Made by a program: the position numbers and the translations under genes
From: Podarcis cretensis
Taxonomy: Eukaryota
Direction: 5' to 3'
Assembly: GCA_951804945.1 (NCBI GenBank)
Contig: OX638162.1
Span: 29,698,001-29,762,000, forward strand
Length of the DNA: 64,000 nt
Shown here: in pieces, positions 11,320 to 20,596 of the stretch
How the letters are laid out: each line of letters begins with the position of its first letter
How positions within the stretch are numbered: the stretch's first letter is position 1
The notes under the pieces: generated by a model
The model's input: the letters and a program-made list of their open reading frames with translations, nothing else
Databases searched by the model: none
Told to the model about the DNA's origin: nothing

Positions 11320-13901
11320 GGGTTGGTTTTTCAAGTTTGAGTGCATGCAATTAATTATTAAGATAGGAACTTCAATCTCAAATCTTGCTAACTTCCATAT
11401 CAATCAGTTACCTAGAAAAGCATTTGTGTGCTGGTTCTGATACAGTTGACAATATATTGCGATGGGTCAAACTGGGACAGTACACTCCAGCTCTAAAGCA
11501 TTTTCCACTTATTCCTTCACCTTCTGTGTCGTGGAGCTTACCTGAGGAAGCTTGGATCTCCCTGTACTCCCCCGCCCCCTCAACTCCTGTATTGGGTTTC
11601 ACATTGTGCAGGGAGGAAGTCCACTGTTGTGAAAGGGGAGAGGCGTTGTCTTTGCTGGTCCACAGCTGTGGCTGGTAGATCTGGCTTCAGATGGCATTCC
11701 TTTGCTGTGCGTGTTTCTAACACTGTATCACAGAGAGTTCAGGTCTGGGAAATAAAGCTCACATTGGAACACCCACAGGAAGTTAAAATGATGGTGTGCC
11801 TTGTAGGTCTGACCTGCTGCAGGTTAGTGCTGACACACCTGTCTGCCTTGAGAAGCATTGACAACAATGCTATGACTTAAATAGACAGCAGAGGGGTGGT
11901 TGTGTTGTGTGAACTTCATTCCCTCCCAGTCATTGTGTAGCATGCAGAGCAACTGAGCAAGGAAATCGCAGCCCTCAACAGACTAGCTTAGCAATGCTGT
12001 GTATGTCAGAAATTACATTTAAATGCTTTTGTAAACTTACATAGCCTTGTAGGCCAACTAATGATTTACTGTTTCCTTTTAAAAACAAATCCTCAGTTGT
12101 CTTTAAAGATACTGCCTTCCAAGTGTGTAATTCTTCTGAGTTATGATTTCCATTACTTGAGTTATGGACCCTCCAAGACCCCATCCCTGCTACTCCTGAA
12201 AACCCAATGCTTTTTTATTCTGGTGCTCTGACTCTAGCAATTCTTGGATGGAAGATGAGCCCTGCCAGCATTAACCCACCTGTGAGGAAGGTGACGCAGA
12301 ACCCTTCCAAAGTTGGCCAGTAGACCACAGTTTTCTTCCTATTGACCAACCAACACTTTGGTCCAGTTGCATTAAATCTGAAATGTTGAGAGGTTGTTGA
12401 AAAATATTTGAGCTGTTTTGGCTGCTTGAGGGTTTCAAGATTTATTTCATTCATTCTCTCTGTCTCTCTCTCTCTTTATGGCATGGGACCATTGAGGACC
12501 AGGCAAAGGGCCTCATCTCCTCACCAACACACATGCCCAGACAGACACTCTTGTTGTCTAGTTTGGAGGTTCAATGGAAAGCAACTTGTTCTCTGCCAGC
12601 TCCAAGGCTGCGTGTTTCTGACAAGCAGGTCCCTGTTTCTTTTGCCTCTGAATATTTTCTCATAAGAGAGAGCCCTTCTCCTAACCTGTAGGATGCTTTG
12701 TTTGTTAAAGCAGAAGCTTTCCTCTTAAATAACCTATTTATTTTTCATTGGATTGTGTGCGCTTTTTTTCAAACAAGGATTCTTACAAGTCGCTTCACCA
12801 TCCATTTGGCCAGATTTATTTTCTGCTAGGTTGAGAATCAAGTCTCTTTCCCTCCGCCTCCACGGGAAAGAGGGAGAATGTGAAAAAAAAGAAAAAAAGA
12901 CTTTTGCATTGTGGTGATTGGCACAGCCTGTGAATCAAGGGTCATTTTGTGTAGCTGTTTCTTTTCAAGCATTCTCTCTCTCTTTCTTTCTTTCTTTCTC
13001 TCTCTCTTCCCCCTTCCATGCACAATCTATTCAGGCTGGAAGCATTCTTTCTTTTCAGAGTCTTTTCTGCCTCTCTCTCTCTTTTCCCCCTCCTTTATTT
13101 TTCATCTCTTTTCATTCTGTTTCCCTCCACCACCCCCCTAGAGGCTCTTTTTTCCCCTTTCCTCATTCCTCTATTCAGTTCCCTTTTTTTTTTGGTTGCT
13201 TCTTTTAAAATAGCTTTTCTATTTTCAGAGAGGACAGGGAACATGTAGGAAGAGAAGTCGTTTCAGAAAGGAGGAACCTGAAAGTCTTTCTCCATTTATT
13301 TCAGCAAACGTTGTTTTTCAAGCAAGAGAACCAAGGGCGACAAAAAGAAACCCAACTTTATTTTGTTCCCACAAACAGCGCAGCCCCAAACACCCCCCAG
13401 AGTATTCATAAGTGGTCACATCTCCAGTAATATGCTAAAATACTGGCAGCTTTGCTTCTTTATTATGTTGCCCTGGGCATTTTGGTGCAGAGACTAGAAA
13501 CACAAGAGGCATGGCTGCTTTCCTGGATAGACCCCATTGATGCCCCTCTTTGCAACTTCAGACATCACCCATTTCTTTTAGCTCTGCACCAAGAGTTGTG
13601 GGGTGCAGGGCCCACTTGGATGCTGCCTTTAGAACAATTTGTCCTTCATGGTGAACCTTCAGCAGGGAGCTTAGGAGATCTCTGTGCTAATGCAGAGAAC
13701 AATTTTGTGGAAAGCAGCAGTGAAGACTTAAAGTTGTGTAATCTCAGGTTTGTAGATCTCTAGATGTGCATTGCTTAAAGCATTGACTAGCCCCCAATAG
13801 CCACGTTAATCAGAATTGCGTGGCGAGTTCCCGCCCCCACCAGGATAAATAAAGACACAAGACACCGTATGTAAGGTTAATTGGGCGAATTAGGCCACAA
13901 C

Positions 13902-13907
13902 TTTATT
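13902..13907 (-). terminator. Poly(A) signal of the retrotransposon
   Basis: AATAAA on minus, followed by a GT-rich element GTGTCTTGTGTCTTT (~13851-13865). Confidence 0.65.
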
Positions 13908-14243
13908 GAATTCAGGAATGAGAGGCATTGGCATAGGCATTGGTCCTAACGGCTATCCGGCTCCAGCCCATTTGCTGGAGACACGGGGAAGGGTTAACCT
14001 TATATCGGGGGAGACTCCCGCAAGGCACGTCGACTAGGAGCTCCCCCGGGTCACCGCTCTGGGGCGTGCCTTTGGCCCACACCTCCATAGGCTTCGGACA
14101 GGGCCACGCCCCCCGGGGTCCTTTAACGGACCACCCTTCGCTCGCTGGGGGGAGGTGATGGCGTTCCTCCCCCACACACATCGTCTTAACCCCTTCTTAC
14201 CAATGCCTACTGCCACACGAGCAAACGCTCGCCGCCAATACTC

Positions 14244-14813
14244 TCATGCCTGAAACCAATCCCTTATCCCCATAGCTATGTCCTCAAGCCATATATCATT
14301 TCCTGCATCAGACAGATGCACGCCATCAAACCAGTAGAGGGCCTCACAGTTGAAACGAATGCCCGGGTGTCGTATGACTTTTCCCCCCAGGGCTGCCACT
14401 CTACGTACCACCGCCCGATCCACGGCTTTCCTCGCCCTATTTATGGCCATCGGGCACCTGCAATCTCTCCAAACCCGCCTCTCCATCAAGGAGGCCCAAA
14501 TGATTGTGAGGTTTGGGTAAGCAGCCTTAAGCTCCTCCAAATCCCCGAGTATGTGCCACTGCAAATCAGCCGCCTTTCTATAGGCCAAATCGTTTTCACC
14601 CAATTGTAAAAGTAAAGCATCCGGGGGGCCCTCTCTCGCGACTCTGGTCTCGAATGCGGGCAACATCTCAGCCCAACGCATTCTCCTCCGTGAAACCCAG
14701 GATATCGTGATGCCATCAGGCAAGCCCAGTCGCGGCCCCAGACCGGAATTGATGGCGCGGACCCTGGCCCAATGCACGATGCTGTGCCCGATTATCCAGA
14801 CGTGCACCCCCAT
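14244..14813 (-). CDS. SGNH/GDSL-type hydrolase (esterase/lipase-like), 189 aa, element-encoded
   Basis: Block I IIGHSIV, block III LQLGENDL, block V DGVHLS; block II appears altered (SRRRMRW). Confidence 0.85.
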   Translation of the reverse strand: MGVHVWIIGHSIVHWARVRAINSGLGPRLGLPDGITISWVSRRRMRWAEMLPAFETRVAREGPPDALLLQLGENDLAYRKAADLQWHILGDLEELKAAYPNLTIIWASLMERRVWRDCRCPMAINRARKAVDRAVVRRVAALGGKVIRHPGIRFNCEALYWFDGVHLSDAGNDIWLEDIAMGIRDWFQA

Positions 14814-14870
14814 ATCTCCTGCAATAAATCAAAGAACAGGCCATGGTCAGTAAAATCCCCAGCTGGGATG

Positions 14871-15800
14871 TCATAAATTCTTTCTCAGGTAGCGCTTGTA
14901 TGCGTCCGATTTCCAGCGGCCTAGATCCTTGATCCTCTCGGCCGTAAGGCCCAGGTGCATTGCCGTGGTGGCCGCTCCAATCCTAAAGGAGTGTGCCGCG
15001 AAATCTGCTGGTGGGAGGCCACATGCTTTAAGTGTTAAGCGCATGACCCTGGTGAACTGGTGCCGCGTCAGGGGTACGCCGTCTGCATGGATCAATAAAG
15101 GCCCCGCCATGTTAGGTCTCATAAACAAGAAGCGCCTGGTGTCCTTCACTGGACACGGGCCTAGTTCCCCTGTTGCCAGTAGCCGGACCAGAGCACCCCT
15201 CCCGAACTGGTCTGTCTTGGAACTACGAATCCGCACGACCAAATCTTCACGTGAAAGTGTAATGTCACTCAACAGTAAGCCCCGGGAGGAGCCATGCTGA
15301 CCTTCCTCAAAAACCACCTCACCCACATGCATTGCCCCGAAAAATGCGATAGAGTATGCCGCTGAAAACAAGCGTGCCTCATACTTTGACCAACAGACCG
15401 TTCTCAACCTTTTATGGATTTGGAAAAGTATGTCAAAAGATATAGGCCTCCTCGCATCCCGGGCTGGGGGCTGCAGTCTACGCCAGCCTTCTAGGGTCTT
15501 TCGTATGACGAACTCAGCGCATGGATCTGACGAAAATAACGCTTTGCAAAAGAAAGAAATCGCTGTGGCCTGTAAGTTGAGGGTTTTTGGGGCACATCCC
15601 CGGCATTTCAAGTGCACTAGATAGGACAAGACCTCAGACCTGATGGGAGGGGCGTTGCTCCTGGCGGGGCTGGATTTTTCACGGAACTTTAAGAAATCCG
15701 ACCACGCCTTCCTATAAGACCTCAATGTGGAGGGCGCCAATGAGGCTAATACTCCCTGAATCACTTCTGGTTCCCAGGACTCTGGTCCCCAAGTCTCCAC
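14871..15800 (-). CDS. Tyrosine recombinase (lambda integrase family), ~309 aa; true start uncertain
   Basis: SLAPSTLRSY N-terminal region; FFGAM[H]VGE, SKTDQ, HSFRIGAAT, GRWKSDAYKRY motifs; frame open from ~15892; track start is GTG. Confidence 0.92.
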   Translation of the reverse strand: METWGPESWEPEVIQGVLASLAPSTLRSYRKAWSDFLKFREKSSPARSNAPPIRSEVLSYLVHLKCRGCAPKTLNLQATAISFFCKALFSSDPCAEFVIRKTLEGWRRLQPPARDARRPISFDILFQIHKRLRTVCWSKYEARLFSAAYSIAFFGAMHVGEVVFEEGQHGSSRGLLLSDITLSREDLVVRIRSSKTDQFGRGALVRLLATGELGPCPVKDTRRFLFMRPNMAGPLLIHADGVPLTRHQFTRVMRLTLKACGLPPADFAAHSFRIGAATTAMHLGLTAERIKDLGRWKSDAYKRYLRKNL

Positions 15801-17479
15801 AGCTGTTCCGGGAAGGGCTGAGGTAGTAACTGAGCATCCGGTGCTAACGAGCGGAAGCGGTCCATCTGAAAACGAGATAGGGCATCCGCGATGTCATTGT
15901 TAACACCAGGCACAAATTTAGCCGAGAAGTGGATATTAAGTTCTAAACAGCGGAGAACAAAGGAACGCAGAAGGGCACCAACTCTTGAGGAATGCGCGGC
16001 CTGCCTAGTAAGGACTGCTACTACCGCCTGATTGTCGGTGTGGAAGCAAACCCTATGGTTGCTAAAGACCTCTGACCATAGGTGGATTGCCACTACAATC
16101 GGGAAGAATTCTAGGAAGGTTAGATCTCTGGTAATGGGCCCTCCCCTCCAGGCTTCAGGCCAACGCTGAGCACACCATTGCCCCTTACAATAAACGCCAA
16201 ACCCGAGGGAGCCTGAAGCGTCCGAATGCACTTGAAAGTCCACCTGCAGTGACAAGTTCTCTTGCCATAGGGAAATACCGTTGTAGTTCTCGAGGAACTT
16301 CAACCAAACTTGTAAGTCAGATTTTACTTCCCTAGAAAGCCGAATCCTATGATGAGGGGAACGCAGGCCTGCCGACAGCTTCGCGAGGCGACCACAGAAA
16401 GGACGGCCAGGGGAAACCACGCGGCAAGCAAAATTTAGATGACCAAGAAGAGCTTGTATCTGCCTAAGTGTAACTTTTTTAAGGGGGAGGAGTTGCTGAA
16501 TGAGGTCACCAAGTGCCACCAGCTTCTCTCTGGGCAGTTTTGAGGTCTGCGCTACAGTGTCCAACTCGATGCCTAAGTAGACCATGGTTGTAGCTGGGCC
16601 CTCCGTTTTGTTGTTGGCTAGGGGAACTCCTAGCTCCCCTGCTAAAGATATGAAAGCTTTGAGAAGCTCTGCACACCCCTGCCTGCTATCAGCCACGAGG
16701 ATAAAGTCGTCCAGGTAATGCGACACACCCTCCGAGCCAGTTCTAAAGCGAAGGGCCCAGTCCAAGAAGGTACTGAATGCCTCAAAGGCTGCGCAGGCCA
16801 CTGAGCAACCCATGGGCATAGCTTTGTCCACAAAATAAGCCCCCTCAAATTTGAATCCGAGGCACCGGAAATCTTCCGGGTGCATTGGCAGAAGCCTAAA
16901 GGCCGACTCGATGTCACATTTTGCCAGCCACGCTCCCTTACCAAATTCGCGAATGACTTTGACCGCATGGTCAAAGGTGGCGTATTTCACTATACAGAGC
17001 TCCTGCGGTATCGCATCATTGACGGACCCACCTTTTGGATAGGAAAGGTTGTGAATCATGCGAAACTCGCCAGGCGCTTTCTTGGGGACTATGCCTAAAG
17101 GGGATACATGAAGGCCAACGATTGGCGGAGCTAGAAAGGGACCGGCTACCCTACCTGCTTTGATTTCTTTGCTAATTTTCTTCCGGGCCACCTCCGGCAT
17201 CTCCCTGACTGACTTCTGATTGGGGGGGTTGCCCGAATTGGGTGGAAACGCTACCGGGATTCTGAAACCAGTACTAAAACCCTCCCATAAGTACACTGCT
17301 GCTGTCCTATTGGGGTAGATGTCTAAGAGGTTTTTTAACGGGGCCAGCTTGATGGGGGAATAGGCCAATTCCAAATTAAGGTTACTGCCTGTTCCCTTGA
17401 GGTCCGAAAGAGGCTCCCTGGCCACCTCTGGGACCGTGATTGTAAGAGCCCCTTCCACCCCGAAAGGGCTGCCTCCCTT
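15761..17479 (-). CDS. Reverse transcriptase + RNase H (pol), probably expressed as a gag-pol fusion
   Basis: KCDIESAFR, MPMGCSVAC, YLDDF; RNase H SDAS, FLEFFPI, TDNQAVV, DIADALSR; frame opens just after TGA at 17482-17480. Confidence 0.95.
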   Translation of the reverse strand, partial: KGGSPFGVEGALTITVPEVAREPLSDLKGTGSNLNLELAYSPIKLAPLKNLLDIYPNRTAAVYLWEGFSTGFRIPVAFPPNSGNPPNQKSVREMPEVARKKISKEIKAGRVAGPFLAPPIVGLHVSPLGIVPKKAPGEFRMIHNLSYPKGGSVNDAIPQELCIVKYATFDHAVKVIREFGKGAWLAKCDIESAFRLLPMHPEDFRCLGFKFEGAYFVDKAMPMGCSVACAAFEAFSTFLDWALRFRTGSEGVSHYLDDFILVADSRQGCAELLKAFISLAGELGVPLANNKTEGPATTMVYLGIELDTVAQTSKLPREKLVALGDLIQQLLPLKKVTLRQIQALLGHLNFACRVVSPGRPFCGRLAKLSAGLRSPHHRIRLSREVKSDLQVWLKFLENYNGISLWQENLSLQVDFQVHSDASGSLGFGVYCKGQWCAQRWPEAWRGGPITRDLTFLEFFPIVVAIHLWSEVFSNHRVCFHTDNQAVVAVLTRQAAHSSRVGALLRSFVLRCLELNIHFSAKFVPGVNNDIADALSRFQMDRFRSLAPDAQLLPQPFPEQLWRLGDQSPGNQK

Positions 17480-18989
17480 TCATGCAGGCCGTAGATGGGT
17501 GACTACCAAAACATCTTTCACATTCGTGACTGTACTTACAGGCCGGCCTCACACAAACCCCTTTATTAAATTCCCAACATAGGCGCTTCTGCTTGGCGGC
17601 GGTCCTCCAAGATTTTGATGGATCCTGGTACTTTTTTTCCACGAAGGGGCCCACATGGTCCGACCAATAGTTTTGGTCCCTCAGGTCCCAGCGCGTGGAG
17701 GGTAGCAAAGAAGCATTTCTACGAAAATCCTCGTCGTAATTCAAAGCAGCAATATCACCCGCTAATTCCCGCGCCCTCCGAATATGGGCCAAGTATGCAA
17801 TCAAATGCATTGCCCGTTTAGGATAAGCAGCGCTGACCACACCCATGAACACCTGGAACCCATTGAGCCAATTGTCGAAGGTATGCTCGGCTCTTGGTGC
17901 TCTGTACCTGCGCTTCCCGTAACTGCGCCTCTTTTCTCCTTTCCCTGTCAGTTTTGCGGGGGGCAACAATCTGAATATGTCAATAAAATCCCCATTGAGG
18001 ATTTTGTCCCTTTTCCTTTGAGATAAGTGGTTGCCTACAATGAAATCTGAGGACAAGTGAGTGGAGGTTTTTACGTCGGGCACCAGGGAGCCATCCTTCC
18101 ATTCCAGTGTCCCATTGAAGGTCTTACGGTAGGAGTTGGCCCTCCTTTCATGCGCCCATGCGGGAAGACCCACGCAATCCTCCCCATGGCCCCAATACTC
18201 CTCCCTAGGAGCATCACTATCAGAATCGGATGAGGAAGAAGTACCTGAGTCCTCCTCGGATTCCGACCGCCTGCTCTTCTTGCTTTTCTTGGACGTGTGC
18301 TTCCTTTTTTCTTTCCTCTTCCCCCACGGGACCTCAGGGGGGGTCTGCTCCGGAATGCTACTTGCAATTACCGCCTGTCGATCGTGCACTTCCTCATCCG
18401 AAGTTGATTCCGACGCGCCCTCGGCTGGCGCCGTCTGCGGGGGCAGGATCTGAAAAAGACTAGGTACACCTGGGTCCTTTTTAGGGTTAGTAGCCTTAGA
18501 GCCCTGGGCGCTAGCCTTGCCCTTCGCGGCTCCCCTCTGGCCTCCTCTTGACTTGCCTGAGGAGGCCGACTGAGAGCTGGTGTTTTTCTTAAGCCGTCCT
18601 GCAGCCTTTTTTGCCGCAGTCAACACAGCCACCGTGGATGCAGAAGTGCCGGGAAGTACTACCTCCCTAAGTTGAGAGTCTTCGATGTAATCCTGGGAGA
18701 ACGCCATTGGTGCAGAAGGCGCTGATGGTCCTGCTGCCGTTGTCATTGGCGACACGATTACTGGTGCAACCGCTGTTGGCGCTGTCGTGATTGTCGTTGG
18801 AGCTGCTGCCCCTGGCGCGGGTGCCGCTTGGCCTGCGGACCTGCTTTGTTTATAAAACTCCTGAAAGGCAGTGAAAAACTGGGCCAAAGCCTGAGGGTTA
18901 CTAGGAATAAGAAATGGTTGAGACTCCTCCTGGTTCCCTTGGTTCCCCCCAGATACAGCGTCATTTACCTGATTACCCTGAGCCGACAT
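17382..18989 (-). CDS. Gag-like protein, 535 aa, with C-terminal Cys/His zinc-finger cluster
   Basis: ATG at 18989 (MSAQGNQ); low-complexity Ala/Ser/Lys N-terminal half; CWEFNKGVCVRPACKYSHECERCFGSHPSTAC; RG-rich tail. Confidence 0.85.
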   Translation of the reverse strand: MSAQGNQVNDAVSGGNQGNQEESQPFLIPSNPQALAQFFTAFQEFYKQSRSAGQAAPAPGAAAPTTITTAPTAVAPVIVSPMTTAAGPSAPSAPMAFSQDYIEDSQLREVVLPGTSASTVAVLTAAKKAAGRLKKNTSSQSASSGKSRGGQRGAAKGKASAQGSKATNPKKDPGVPSLFQILPPQTAPAEGASESTSDEEVHDRQAVIASSIPEQTPPEVPWGKRKEKRKHTSKKSKKSRRSESEEDSGTSSSSDSDSDAPREEYWGHGEDCVGLPAWAHERRANSYRKTFNGTLEWKDGSLVPDVKTSTHLSSDFIVGNHLSQRKRDKILNGDFIDIFRLLPPAKLTGKGEKRRSYGKRRYRAPRAEHTFDNWLNGFQVFMGVVSAAYPKRAMHLIAYLAHIRRARELAGDIAALNYDEDFRRNASLLPSTRWDLRDQNYWSDHVGPFVEKKYQDPSKSWRTAAKQKRLCWEFNKGVCVRPACKYSHECERCFGSHPSTACMKGRQPFRGGRGSYNHGPRGGQGASFGPQGNRQ

Positions 18990-19224
18990 ATCTTCAATCA
19001 ACGCCCTGGATTGCCCAATCGGAGGCAAGAAGCTTAGTTGTTATGTGTTAGCAACAAGCAGTGGTCTGTACTGTAGTTCAGTATTGACTGCACTGGACGG
19101 ACTTAGCACAAATTAAAATCACTGGTAAGCGACCCAACTGCCAGCCCCACTGGCTGTGTTAGCGTCAAGTAAGATATTAGCTCAGTACTGTCTGCACCGG
19201 TATTGCTCTAGCTGGTATAAAATT

Positions 19225-19350
19225 AATGGTTTCTTATTTTTATTTTATATTAATTTTTATATTAAATTATATTAATTTATTCTATTTTATTTTTTTATTT
19301 TTTTATTTTTTTATTTTATTTATTTATTTATTTTATTTATTTATCTATTC
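19225..19350. repeat. AT-only low-complexity tract, (TTTA)-like
   Basis: Direct reading. Confidence 0.85.
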
Positions 19351-19663
19351 ATATAACCTTATGCAATTAAACCAGCTGATCACTAAGTTGACCACTTAGC
19401 CAAATTAGGAAAATTAAGCTATACCCTTACAGCAGCGAGGCTAGACTGCCCGTGCCTATGTAATTAATTAGATGCCAGTTAAATCTCTTGCAAAGTAGAT
19501 TAGGTCTAGATAACCTTTAAAATTAGATTATATTGATTAGAGGCACACTTGAACTAATTATGCTTTACCCAAGGCAAGCACTTTAATTTAAGCGAAATCA
19601 GCAACGTAAAAGCACCAAAACTAGATCAAATTCAAAGAAATAAAATCTGAGTACAATGAAGCA

Positions 19664-19910
19664 AAGTAAAATAACAAGGAAAATGGATGAAATTAGGTTA
19701 AATCAAATTAATTTAAATCGAAGTAAAAATAAGGCCAATCGCAGTAAATTAAGGCCAATAACAGTAATACCAGCAAAGTAAAATAAAGGAAGTAAAATAA
19801 CAAGGAAAATGGATGAAATTAGGTTAAATCAAATTAATTAAATCGAAGTAAAAATAAGGCCAATCGCAGTAAGGCCAATAACAGTAATACCAGCAAAGTA
19901 AAATAAAGGA
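19664..19910. repeat. Tandem duplication of a ~120-126 bp unit in the element leader
   Basis: AAGTAAAATAACAAGGAAAATGGATGAAATTAGG starts at 19664 and again at 19790. Confidence 0.9.
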
Positions 19911-20533
19911 ATGAAGCAGTAAATCCCAGAAATGCCAGCAAATAAAATCAAGTAATAAGGCAGCAAAGGAGTGACGACTGAATTGCCTGCGCAGCACCCA
20001 CTGCAAAGGATTGAATGCTAGTTGCTGCTCGGCCAGAAATAAATTGCCCCTTAAATCACCTTTCAAATTTACTAAAGAACCAAGTTAAGATTTATTTAAA
20101 TGATAAGAACAATTGTGAGGCAATTGCCAAACACACACACTCCCACAGGTGACTGCCTATACTAAGATGGCGGCCACTACGGAAGCAACGTGCTCCAGCA
20201 AAATGGTGCCGGGACCAGCTGGTCGCTAGGCAATGGTGCCGACCGCTGTTGAACAGATCAATCCGGCCCTAAGAAAGCAAGCGTTGTAATCAAATGCCAA
20301 CAAAACGAATGAGTGTAGCACGAAATTAGACGTTGCAGAAAGTTAGAAGTTAAACCCACTTTCCTAGTACCCTCCTGAATTAGCCAAAGCAAGGATAAAG
20401 ACGCAATAAAGACTTAGTTCCCACGTGGCTTGCCTCTCTTAAAATGGCTGCCGCCGCAAGGCCACGTGGTTAATCAAAATGGCGGCTGCAAGCTACCCGT
20501 TGCCTAGCGACGCCGCACAATTTCCCAGTTCAG

Positions 20534-20596
20534 GGCTATCAGACAAATACTATCAGGCACTGCAGGCTATCAGACAAATACTATCAGACAAATACT
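20534..20596. repeat. Short repeat CTATCAGACAAATA x3
   Basis: Direct reading. Confidence 0.85.

Noticed and set aside
13930-14231. Hammerhead ribozyme in the structured 3' UTR
   Set aside because: No CUGANGA/GAAA core seen on either strand; other ribozyme classes cannot be excluded by eye
14871-15800. Prophage or bacterial integrase contamination
   Set aside because: The YR overlaps an RT/RNase H ORF in DIRS-order layout, with eukaryotic splice and poly(A) signals, inside a vertebrate intron
20534-20596. Short repeats with a spacer, superficially CRISPR-like
   Set aside because: Three 14-mers in a eukaryotic TE, no cas genes and no regular spacers
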